64,000 bases of DNA. Origin: a virus. The stretch lies in IMG/VR virus record IMGVR_UViG_3300032323_003201, positions 8,062 through 72,061 of that record. One strand, given 5' to 3'. Both the position numbers and the translations under genes were made by a program. Shown piece by piece: positions 19,425-28,195 of the stretch. Positions within the stretch are counted from its first letter, which is position 1; every line of letters begins with the position of its first letter. The notes below the pieces were generated by a model. That model was not told the origin of the DNA, did not search any database, and saw only the letters and a list, made by a program, of their open reading frames with translations.

Positions 19425-21356
19425 ATGCCTTCATCAGTGATTTTTCAAGGTGGCAGAAAATATAGACCAGGTGTCTATGGTGAAATCAAGACAGCTCCCA
19501 CAGCCAACCCTAGCATTGCAAGTGGTGCTGTGGCTCTCGTTGGTGATTTCCCTCTCTTCCAAAAAGATAGTGTCCACACCTTTGACAACCTAGAAGCCTT
19601 TTTAGAAGCAACTGGGGGGGAATATGGCCTTGATATACTTGGACAGATTGGTTTCTCACCTAGAGCAGATTTAGGTGGCAATCCCACAAGTATTACAATC
19701 GTAAATGCTCGCAATACAACCCAAGCAAGCCACACAGTGGGTGGGTTAAAGGTAAAGGCAAGACACTATGGCACTTGTGGCAATCGTGTTTTTGTGTCCT
19801 TGGTTGCGAATGTAGATAATGCAGATCTTTATGATTTATATATCTCTGAGGGTGGCTCTATTGTAGAGAAGAACAAGGGGATTGGTAAGGGGAAGATTGC
19901 AAGCCTACAATACACAGGCTCTTTACTCACAGATGTTAAGCTTGTATCAAATCAAGGCTTAGATAAGTTTGCTCTCACCTTTGTGAAAAGCATTAGCTCA
20001 TCAATCATCATACCAGGTACTGCAATTGCTTTGAATGACCTTGGTGTTGTGGGTGCACTTACCTTTACACAAAGACTACTTGCCACCCCATCCCCTGTAT
20101 CAATTACAATTCATGGTTTATCAGAGACAGGCTCATCAATCACTACCACAACCACCTTGCCTGCTGGTGCAGTGGGGACAAGTGTTACTACAAGTCAAGA
20201 GTATTCTCAAATCACAAGTATTGTGCTAGATGGTGCAAGTGATTATGCAGGGTCTATTGAAATCAGTGGCTCTTTATACTCTGTCAAGCTCTCAGAGATT
20301 TCAAGCCTTAGCTCAACTCTAGTCAGTATCAACCAAGTGCATGATGACATTGTTGTGGTTTTGCCTGAGTCTATTGTCAGTGGTGTACAGCTCGATGATG
20401 TTGCAAGTGTCAGCATTTTAGGCAGTGCCTTATCTCTTACATGTGATTGTGCCTTCCTCAAGGATTTCCTAGATGGTAGCCTTGTTTGTGAGGGTGAAAT
20501 TGTCAGTGGTGCAAGACCAACAGCACAAGATTTTAGATTAGTAGGTGGGTCTTTAGGCTCACTCACAGCAAGTGATTGGCAATCTGCTCTTGATGCACTT
20601 GTGTATAAGCAAGTCAATATCGTTGTTGCATACTCAGAGGATATTGCTATCCACCAGCTTGTAAAGGCACATTGTGAAAAGGCATCTATTGAAGCTGGCC
20701 TTGAGAGAAATGCTTGGTGTGGCACAAGTGCAGGCTTAACACTCAATCAAATCTATGCTCAATATGTGAAAGTTTTGAATGATAGAAATTGTGCAGTAGT
20801 GGGTCAATCCCCAATCGTGCTAATCAATGGGGAGAAAAAGACACTTGCACCCAAAGCACTTGCATTCTTCATGGCATGCTTTCAAGCCTCTCTTGGTGTT
20901 GCAACACCTCTTACAAGAAAGCAACCCAAGATATTTGCAACAACTCAAGTATTTAACCCTGAAGCAGATGCAAGCCTTGCAATTCAAAAAGGCATTGTAA
21001 TTCTCAATGGCCAAGATCGTGGGTTAAAAGTTGAACGATCTATCACTACTTGGCTCAAGGATTTAAACCCCTTCTATACTGAAGTATCTGCGAATGAGAG
21101 CATCAATCTTTCTATTAGAGATTTAAGATTATTCCTTGATACAGAGATTGGGAGCAAGTCAACAGTAGCTCAAAAGGATAATGTTCAAAGGCTTACAATC
21201 AATCGCTTGAGCTTTCAAAGAGACAGTGGCTTAATCCTAGATTTCAAGGATGTGTCAGTGCGTCAATCTGGGGATGTCATTAGCATTGTCTATGCAATGG
21301 CAGGAATTGAGCCACTCAATTTCATCACTATCACAGCTAATGTAGGGAGAATTTAG
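19425..21356 (+). CDS. Tail sheath protein
   Basis: N-terminal RPGVY; KARHYG; C-terminal VERSITTW...EVSANE...EPLNFITIT; 643 aa. Confidence 0.88.
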   Translation: MPSSVIFQGGRKYRPGVYGEIKTAPTANPSIASGAVALVGDFPLFQKDSVHTFDNLEAFLEATGGEYGLDILGQIGFSPRADLGGNPTSITIVNARNTTQASHTVGGLKVKARHYGTCGNRVFVSLVANVDNADLYDLYISEGGSIVEKNKGIGKGKIASLQYTGSLLTDVKLVSNQGLDKFALTFVKSISSSIIIPGTAIALNDLGVVGALTFTQRLLATPSPVSITIHGLSETGSSITTTTTLPAGAVGTSVTTSQEYSQITSIVLDGASDYAGSIEISGSLYSVKLSEISSLSSTLVSINQVHDDIVVVLPESIVSGVQLDDVASVSILGSALSLTCDCAFLKDFLDGSLVCEGEIVSGARPTAQDFRLVGGSLGSLTASDWQSALDALVYKQVNIVVAYSEDIAIHQLVKAHCEKASIEAGLERNAWCGTSAGLTLNQIYAQYVKVLNDRNCAVVGQSPIVLINGEKKTLAPKALAFFMACFQASLGVATPLTRKQPKIFATTQVFNPEADASLAIQKGIVILNGQDRGLKVERSITTWLKDLNPFYTEVSANESINLSIRDLRLFLDTEIGSKSTVAQKDNVQRLTINRLSFQRDSGLILDFKDVSVRQSGDVISIVYAMAGIEPLNFITITANVGRI

Positions 21357-21358
21357 TC

Positions 21359-21841
21359 ATGGTACAACCAAGAGTAATCAGTGGTGCATCTGCTATCGTC
21401 AAGCAAAATGGCAAAGCGATTGGATACTGCACCAATATCACAGTAACAGAGAATTACACCCTTCAAAGAGTGGATGTTTTAGGCTCTATTGATAGCTATG
21501 ACATTGAGCCTGTAGGTAGAACAGTGAGCTGTCAAGTGGGTTTCATGAGAGTAGTGCCAAATGGTGGGTCTGCTGCACAAGGTCTTGTTCCTAGCCACCT
21601 TGCCACAGCTACCAATCAACAAAGAACAGTCGATGTGGTTAATTTCTTTTCTCAAGGTGTGGATTTAGAATTAGCTGACTCTGCTGATTTTGGTGCAGGT
21701 CAAAAGACACGATATTTAATTAAGGGTTGCAAGCCAGAGAGCCAAAGCTTTACTGTAAATCGTCAAACTTTGATGGCAACAAATGTAAATTTCCAAGCCT
21801 TAAAGCTCATTGAAATCAAGGATGAAGAGCAATTAGGCTAA
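21359..21841 (+). CDS. Tail tube protein
   Basis: 160 aa directly after the sheath; ISGA...IGY...ENY...VLGS pattern. Confidence 0.8.
   Translation: MVQPRVISGASAIVKQNGKAIGYCTNITVTENYTLQRVDVLGSIDSYDIEPVGRTVSCQVGFMRVVPNGGSAAQGLVPSHLATATNQQRTVDVVNFFSQGVDLELADSADFGAGQKTRYLIKGCKPESQSFTVNRQTLMATNVNFQALKLIEIKDEEQLG
21810..21841 (+). repeat. 32-bp direct repeat, copy 1 (3' end of tail tube gene)
   Basis: TTGAAATCAAGGATGAAGAGCAATTAGGCTAA; 30/32 identical to 22291-22322. Confidence 0.9.
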
Positions 21842-22278
21842 TTTCTTCGTGAGATATCAACCTCAAAATACTCATGTAACTCTTTAATGTATTCATCAAA
21901 TGGTAAAAAATCAAAATCACAGAAAATCTCTTCTATCAAATCCTCACGACTGAAACAAGGCTCATGCTTGTAGGTTGTGATTTTTTCAGCAAGCTCATAT
22001 TGTCGATCATCATTGATTGTGCCAATGACATATGGGATGGGGTAGAAGTATTTGGTGAGTGTGTAAAACTCTAGCTTGGTACTCTTATCCTTATCACCAG
22101 AGATGAAGATATCAAGCTTTTGGTAACCAATAAGAATATGAAGCACAATCAAATCTTTCTCATACTCAATCAAAGAGTGACAAATAGATTTTGGATACCC
22201 CAATTCTTTCACCTTATCGCCTAATGTAGTGGATAGTGTTTGCAATTCTTCTTCAGAGAAAGAGAAAGTTAGGCTCAT
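21838..22278 (-). CDS. Hypothetical protein, array paralogue B'
   Basis: Start MSLTFSF after RBS AAGGAG; similar to 22660-23061. Confidence 0.75.
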   Translation of the reverse strand: MSLTFSFSEEELQTLSTTLGDKVKELGYPKSICHSLIEYEKDLIVLHILIGYQKLDIFISGDKDKSTKLEFYTLTKYFYPIPYVIGTINDDRQYELAEKITTYKHEPCFSREDLIEEIFCDFDFLPFDEYIKELHEYFEVDISRRN

Positions 22279-22290
22279 GGATAGACTCCT

Positions 22291-22322
22291 TTGAAATCTA
22301 GGATGAAGAACAATTAGGCTAA
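22291..22322 (+). repeat. 32-bp direct repeat, copy 2
   Basis: TTGAAATCTAGGATGAAGAACAATTAGGCTAA. Confidence 0.9.
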
Positions 22323-22666
22323 ATGAGTTTCTTATCACCAACAGGACAAGTATCAGTAAATAAAGCAAGGATTTGATCTAGTTTTAAACGATTGCTTACT
22401 TCGTTAGTGTAGTAATCATTATCAATCCATCCAGATGGTAAATACAACAGAGAGATGGAGTATGTGCCATCATTGTAATCAAACAAATACATGATCATCA
22501 TGCCTTTGCTTTCACATTTGTAGCTAATCATAGCAACCTGTTCTTCTTCAACAAGCATGCTATCAAATTTTATACAGGTCTCATCAAGATCATATTTCTT
22601 TTTTGATGCATATAAGAAGAAATTGGATTTGATCGTTTCTTTTTGTTTTTGTGTGAGTTTTAGCAT
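22319..22666 (-). CDS. Hypothetical protein, array paralogue A'
   Basis: MLKLTQKQKETIKSN is similar to MLTLNASQKEQLKQN of 23094-23579. Confidence 0.75.
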   Translation of the reverse strand: MLKLTQKQKETIKSNFFLYASKKKYDLDETCIKFDSMLVEEEQVAMISYKCESKGMMIMYLFDYNDGTYSISLLYLPSGWIDNDYYTNEVSNRLKLDQILALFTDTCPVGDKKLI

Positions 22667-23061
22667 TTGTTTTTAAGGTATTCCTTCAAGCGTGTTGTTC
22701 GGTCAGTCAACCATTCATCTTGTAGACGCTGAGACTCTTTTGGATCAGGCCAAAAAGAATAAGCACATGTAATCAATCTCTCAACTAAAGCAGATCTAGT
22801 ATCATTTGGGTATACAAGAGTTTCTTGAAAGCCAGAGTCTCCTATCTTAAATAGAATATCCTCTGTTGTTGATCCATCATCATTGAAGTGGTACATACAG
22901 CTATATGTACAAAAATCATAGAAAATGCTAATAGCATACATGGGATTACCCTCGATATCTATAGTATGCCTAAGTGGTTTTGTGTGTCCCATAGCTTGTA
23001 ACTGCATGCACATATTACCAAGTATGAGAGCATGCTCTGCGTCTGTAAGTGTGATATCCAT
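22660..23061 (-). CDS. Hypothetical protein, array paralogue B
   Basis: RBS GGAG; similar to 21838-22278. Confidence 0.75.
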   Translation of the reverse strand: MDITLTDAEHALILGNMCMQLQAMGHTKPLRHTIDIEGNPMYAISIFYDFCTYSCMYHFNDDGSTTEDILFKIGDSGFQETLVYPNDTRSALVERLITCAYSFWPDPKESQRLQDEWLTDRTTRLKEYLKNKC

Positions 23062-23093
23062 AAAGGAAGCTCCAGTGGTTTGCTTGTGTATTG

Positions 23094-23579
23094 TTAAGAT
23101 TTTGATGGTGAATTAAAAGAGCCAATATATTGGTCCCCCAAAGAACGAATAGCATTTTTGAGTGCACCATTCATATGGTCAGCATATAAAAGATTACCAA
23201 ACAAGATACCAATATCAAGAACATGGTCATTTAGAATACTATTACTGCCAAAAAGAGTAAGAGCATCCTTGATATCCACAGATTTGTCTTGGTAGTCATG
23301 GGGGATAAGTAGAGACCCAGAGTCAAAACCCATTGGATAGAAAAAGACATGTATCTTGCATTTTTGTTCTTCGTTAACCATCTTTTCTTCTAAAACTACT
23401 CTCAAAGCAAGATGATTGTGCTTGTATTCAATCGTGGGACAAATTGATTTTGGGTGATTGACTTCTTGAAATTCACAAGTTGCAATAGCATATTGTGTGT
23501 TGTCGAATTTCAGTCTTTTAAGAAAAGAAATTAGGTTTTGTTTGAGTTGCTCTTTTTGAGAAGCATTTAGTGTAAGCAT
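23094..23579 (-). CDS. Hypothetical protein, array paralogue A
   Basis: Same 16-bp leader (TGGAGCTTCCTTTATG) as the next gene; first gene after a promoter. Confidence 0.75.
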   Translation of the reverse strand: MLTLNASQKEQLKQNLISFLKRLKFDNTQYAIATCEFQEVNHPKSICPTIEYKHNHLALRVVLEEKMVNEEQKCKIHVFFYPMGFDSGSLLIPHDYQDKSVDIKDALTLFGSNSILNDHVLDIGILFGNLLYADHMNGALKNAIRSLGDQYIGSFNSPSKS

Positions 23580-23609
23580 AAAGGAAGCTCCAATAGGTTA
23601 TTGCATGGT

Positions 23610-23680
23610 TGATTTGCATATGTATATATATATGAATATGTGATTTAGATCAAATAAAAAGTTAAATTTTTAAACTTTTC
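23610..23680 (-). promoter_or_regulatory. Conserved sigma70-like (probably early) promoter
   Basis: Minus strand TTAACTTTTT-AT-TTGATC-N17-TATATA...GCAAATC; same architecture at 36.6, 38.1, 39.7, 58.1 and 63.6 kb. Confidence 0.65.
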
Positions 23681-23770
23681 TTAGATCATAGAAAATAACT
23701 AATTTTTATTCTGTTGCATGAATATTAACTATGCTATATATCAAAGCACTTATCTTTTGATGGAGTAAAA

Positions 23771-24238
23771 ATGAGTAAGAAAGAAACAATTGATTTGAGA
23801 AAGATCAAGGCAGATGCTGAGTCTTTAGTAGAGAAAAAAGAAGATGATTTAGTCAGTAGGGAAGAGAGCTTTTCTATTGAATATGTTGCACCAACAGGCA
23901 AACAATTCAGAGCTGATCTTCTCTCTTGTGTCATGGATACAGAGAGTAGGCTAGCAATGAATAGGGTTTTACAAAGTCTGTGCATGGGGGTTGTTTTTGA
24001 TAACCTACCAACAGAAGAAAAATACAGATTACAAGGTCTTGCTCGTTGTCTAGTACAGCTCAAAGACCCACCAGAGTGGTTAACAGAATGGATTGGTCAA
24101 GACAATCAACTGCTTATACAAATTTTGAATACCTTGATTGAGCATGAAGCTCTTTTTTTTGGAGCAAGCTCCAAAGAGGGTGAAGAGGCTAAGGGACAAA
24201 AGCGAATTTCAATTACTGCAAAGTTTACTACCAGATAG
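23771..24238 (+). CDS. Tail assembly chaperone (G-like)
   Basis: Between tube and tape measure; C(T)8 slippery run at 24152-24160 overlaps a second ORF. Confidence 0.7.
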   Translation: MSKKETIDLRKIKADAESLVEKKEDDLVSREESFSIEYVAPTGKQFRADLLSCVMDTESRLAMNRVLQSLCMGVVFDNLPTEEKYRLQGLARCLVQLKDPPEWLTEWIGQDNQLLIQILNTLIEHEALFFGASSKEGEEAKGQKRISITAKFTTR

Positions 24239-24464
24239 AATTAAATACCACCTCTCAATTGAAAATTATTATTCGTGGGAAAATCTTGAGCTTGCCATGC
24301 TCCACTGCACACAAGAAACATTTGAGCAAGCCTTCCCCCATCTTTATGCTAAAATCGAATTTACAGATGGGATTGCTCTCACAGGTATAGGTGAGATAGA
24401 CAAGATGGAACAGGCTCTAGCAAGAGGAGAAGATCTAAATGAGTACCTCGCAACCTACAAATAA
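24138..24464 (+). CDS. Frameshift extension of tail assembly chaperone (GT-like)
   Basis: Overlapping ORF in the +1 frame with no clear RBS, opening at the T8 run; TGxxEIDxME pattern. Confidence 0.6.
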   Translation: MSMKLFFLEQAPKRVKRLRDKSEFQLLQSLLPDRIKYHLSIENYYSWENLELAMLHCTQETFEQAFPHLYAKIEFTDGIALTGIGEIDKMEQALARGEDLNEYLATYK

Positions 24465-25989
24465 CCAAATACCACCACCTATGGGAGTAGCTCAACCACA
24501 AATCACAGAGCCACCCCAAGCACAGCCTACAATTGCACCACCCACAAGCACACCACAAGCAACAGGCTCAGGTGGTATCATCACTGCGATGAATGGGTTG
24601 TCAGCAGTACTCAAGCAACTCATTGAGATTAATCAAAAGCTGATTGCAAGCAATAACCTAACTGCACAAGCAACACAGCAAGCAACACAGCAAGCAACAG
24701 CACAAGCTAAGGCAGAAAAGGCAGAGAAAGAGAAAGAGGTAACCTTTCAACAGCTTGAACAAAAGATAGCTCAAATTGTTGGCAAGGTGGGTCAAGTGGG
24801 TGGTGCAACCAATGGGTTTGCAGGCCAACTCTCTGCTATCCCTTTTGGTCTTGGTGGCTTGCTTGCATCTCAATTCTCTACCTTGATGGGTGCAGCAGAC
24901 CAAGCCTCTAGCTATGGGTCAAGCCTTGCAGATTTAAAGGGTCTTGGTGGTAGTGGGATAGGTGGATTTGCTGGCAAGGGATATAAATCAGGTGAAGCCT
25001 TCTCTATTCAAAAAGCGATTGCCATGAGTGGTGGGTCTCTAAGTGTTGATCAAGCGATTGCAAGTGAGCAAAGAGGCTTGGGAGCTGGTCTAGTCGCTAG
25101 TGTGCAAAAGCTTGGTGATGTAGTAGGCAAGCAAGCAAATTTAGGTGTATCACTCGCAAGCTCACTAATGGGACAAGATTTATCACCTGAGCAAAGACGA
25201 TCAGGTCTGTCATCCATTCAAGGCATGCTCTCTCAAAGAATGGGGGGTGATTTATCTCTTGCAAGCACCAATAGCACTGAGCTACTTCGTAAAATCAGTG
25301 ATTCAAGTAGTAAAGGCACAAGTTTTCTCCAAACAATAAGCGATATTCAAAAAGAGGATGCATTAAAGAAAGGTATCATTGCATCTGATCCAATAGAAAC
25401 TTTTAATCGTAAGCTATCCACACAGCAAGCAGGTCTATTACTCGCACAACAACAGGCTGATGTAATCAAAGCAAGACCTGATCTTAGCTTGTCCCAACAA
25501 TTACAGCTCTCAAGATACAATTTCATGGGTCAATCCTTGCCACCAGAGATAGCAGATGCATTCAAGGAATTGCCTCTCATACTTGGTAAAGGGAAGGGTG
25601 ATTTTAGTGCGATTGGTAGGGGTGGGATTGCCTCTGCTCAAGCAAGTGCAGAGATGCAAATTATCAATTCAGCTTTAGGCAATTCAAGCTCAATTATTTC
25701 AGCAATCCAAGCAGACACAAGAGTGAGAAGAACGAATATTTCCACCCAACAAGATTATGAAGAGCTAGGTAAGACAGGGGAAACTGCTGCACAAGCTTTA
25801 AGTGTTGGTCTCACAGTGCTTTCTAAGGGTGTAAATACGCTTGCTGGTGCTATGAATAAGACGATTGAAGCAGTGGAAAAACTCACTGAGAAATTTAGTT
25901 TTAGTGGTTTTGGTAATCCATTTAAGAGCGAACCACCAAAAGTAAAGCAAGAAAATCGTAAGGCAGGGGAGGCTAGCAAGCTACCATGA
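24439..25989 (+). CDS. Tape measure protein (short)
   Basis: A/G/S/Q-rich helical protein, 516 aa, after the chaperone; Pro-rich N-terminus. Confidence 0.7.
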   Translation: MSTSQPTNNQIPPPMGVAQPQITEPPQAQPTIAPPTSTPQATGSGGIITAMNGLSAVLKQLIEINQKLIASNNLTAQATQQATQQATAQAKAEKAEKEKEVTFQQLEQKIAQIVGKVGQVGGATNGFAGQLSAIPFGLGGLLASQFSTLMGAADQASSYGSSLADLKGLGGSGIGGFAGKGYKSGEAFSIQKAIAMSGGSLSVDQAIASEQRGLGAGLVASVQKLGDVVGKQANLGVSLASSLMGQDLSPEQRRSGLSSIQGMLSQRMGGDLSLASTNSTELLRKISDSSSKGTSFLQTISDIQKEDALKKGIIASDPIETFNRKLSTQQAGLLLAQQQADVIKARPDLSLSQQLQLSRYNFMGQSLPPEIADAFKELPLILGKGKGDFSAIGRGGIASAQASAEMQIINSALGNSSSIISAIQADTRVRRTNISTQQDYEELGKTGETAAQALSVGLTVLSKGVNTLAGAMNKTIEAVEKLTEKFSFSGFGNPFKSEPPKVKQENRKAGEASKLP

Positions 25990-27488
25990 TTAGAGTTTAT
26001 ATTTTAGGATTAGAAAGCCTTGATATTACAAAGTTTGTGACAAGCTTTTCCTTTTCCAAAGCAATTGATTTAACAAGTAATAAGGCAAGTATGAGCCTTG
26101 ACATGTTTAGCACAAGCATAGATAACTTGTTTAAGAATGGGGATAACTTCGCACTCAAAGGCAAGCAAATCACAATCAAATATGCAGACCAGCTTATCTA
26201 TTGGGGTTTTATTGATAGCATTTCAATAGATACAATTTATGATGATATGGGTCTTGAAATCACAACATGCTCACTCTCTTGCGATAGTATCTTTACTAGG
26301 CTCTTAAACTCTGAGATTGTCCATTCAAATACAACAAAATTGTTTGGCTCTGTGACAAGTCAGACACTGGCTGATTATGGTGCATATCTTAGCCAAGAGA
26401 ATGACTTTGGTAAAATCCTACAATACACCCTTGACCAATTTGCCTTTGCCAAAGCACCACTTGCACTATTTGAGCAGAGCCTTAAAATCGCAGAGCTAAT
26501 CAATGTTTGCGATGGTGTGTCAAATTACCACCTGCCTATTCTCGCTCAATATTCAAATCCAAGCAATAAGGTTTTCTCTATCCTAAAGCAAGGCTTAGTC
26601 AACCCCAATGATAAGTTGCTTACACTACAAAAATTCATGACCATATTTCAGCAGACACCTGAGCTTGTAGAGTTTTTCTTCGTACTCTTACCTTACCAAG
26701 AGAGCTATAAAATTGAGCAATCAAAGAAGGTGCTTTATAAAGCTTTGGGAGCTGTGCCTACAATCATCTTTAGGTACAAGCCACTGCCACCCAAATTCAA
26801 TATCAACCAAAAGACACTTGAGAAGGTGCGTGATACTAGACTCATCTCTAAGGCCACACTTGGTAAAACATACACAGAGGATACAAGCGATAGATCTAAA
26901 ATAGAATACCTAAAGATACCATCACACCAAATACTTTCCATTGCATACGATATTGATGATGAGATGGTCAATACTGTGTCTGTTTACAATGGTGTGAGCG
27001 ATAACAATTCAAGTGTTGCATTCAACCTTGCATCAAGTTTAAACCACCTAATCATGAATAAGGTTGACGCAGAAGAATTTGGCATATCCCACAAGGTCAT
27101 TACTAACTTTTATGTAGAAGATCGTAATCCTCTCATATCTGCCAAGCTGACAGAGCTGGGGTTTTGCTTACATGGTGATGGTGCATATTATAGTAAAGGC
27201 ATTGTGAAGCTCGCTTTATCATTTACCCAATCCCTTGTTGTTGGGATATGGTGTGATATGTCAATCAATGGGTCAAGCTTTACATGCTATATCACCAAGC
27301 TTGATTATAAGATGAGCTTGTCTGCATCTGGTGTACAAGAGGGATACATTGAAATGCACTTTGAGAGAGGTAGTAAAAATAGGTTGCCTCTATTCTATCC
27401 CAAGCAAGTCACACAAGACTATCAAGATAATGGTGCAAGCAAGCCTATCAACCCAATCCCCAAAGCTGACACTGAAAAGAGAGGTTAG
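25986..27488 (+). CDS. Putative baseplate hub protein
   Basis: Position after TMP; LDITKFVTSFSFSK...YWGFIDSI and PTIIFRYKP patterns. Confidence 0.55.
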   Translation: MIRVYILGLESLDITKFVTSFSFSKAIDLTSNKASMSLDMFSTSIDNLFKNGDNFALKGKQITIKYADQLIYWGFIDSISIDTIYDDMGLEITTCSLSCDSIFTRLLNSEIVHSNTTKLFGSVTSQTLADYGAYLSQENDFGKILQYTLDQFAFAKAPLALFEQSLKIAELINVCDGVSNYHLPILAQYSNPSNKVFSILKQGLVNPNDKLLTLQKFMTIFQQTPELVEFFFVLLPYQESYKIEQSKKVLYKALGAVPTIIFRYKPLPPKFNINQKTLEKVRDTRLISKATLGKTYTEDTSDRSKIEYLKIPSHQILSIAYDIDDEMVNTVSVYNGVSDNNSSVAFNLASSLNHLIMNKVDAEEFGISHKVITNFYVEDRNPLISAKLTELGFCLHGDGAYYSKGIVKLALSFTQSLVVGIWCDMSINGSSFTCYITKLDYKMSLSASGVQEGYIEMHFERGSKNRLPLFYPKQVTQDYQDNGASKPINPIPKADTEKRG

Positions 27489-27492
27489 TATT

Positions 27493-28185
27493 ATGCAAAT
27501 TTGTAAGGGAAAAGTACAAGCAATCTCTAAGAATGATAGTGGTGAGCTATTGTATACGATACAGCTAGAAGATGGTTGTATTGTGAGCAATGCTAGGCAA
27601 CTGAGCTGGGGTGGTAGTGATACTAGATTTAGTGTGCAACCCATTGCAGAAGGTGCAATTGTGGTGCTTTTATTTGAGCCTAAATTCCTGCCTATCATAC
27701 TTGGTTGCATTGCAGATATACAAGATAGGCAGTCAATCGGTTTAGGTATATCAACCAAGCCTATCACAAGCGATTTGAATGCAATTAGCCACTTAGACAC
27801 ACACCTATCAAATGCTAGAGGAAGCATAAACTTGGGTGTCAATGGGATTACTCTTGATAGTGATATCATTCGTATGCAACTCAATAAGCTCAGAATTTCG
27901 CACGATGGAAGCACAAGTGATTTGGCTATCAATGGACAAGCTTTTATTGATGCTCTCACCTCGCAACTGTCCTTCTATGTAAGCCACATGATTATCCAAA
28001 ATTCAATCATGCTTAGTATTATCACAAGCCTTGCAAGTAAAGGTATTTTAACACCACAGGAAGCAGCAACACTAACAACTACTTTGACCAATAGCACAGC
28101 TCTCAATTTAAGTGAGCATGTGCCAACAAGTCAGGTTAGAGACGCTTTACTTGCTACACTAAACACACGAATAGAGCTACCATAG
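27493..28185 (+). CDS. Putative baseplate spike (gpV-like, OB-fold N-terminus)
   Basis: Start MQICKGKV after GAGG; PxxGxxVVLLF...PIILG motif. Confidence 0.6.
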   Translation: MQICKGKVQAISKNDSGELLYTIQLEDGCIVSNARQLSWGGSDTRFSVQPIAEGAIVVLLFEPKFLPIILGCIADIQDRQSIGLGISTKPITSDLNAISHLDTHLSNARGSINLGVNGITLDSDIIRMQLNKLRISHDGSTSDLAINGQAFIDALTSQLSFYVSHMIIQNSIMLSIITSLASKGILTPQEAATLTTTLTNSTALNLSEHVPTSQVRDALLATLNTRIELP

Positions 28186-28195
28186 GAGCATAAGC

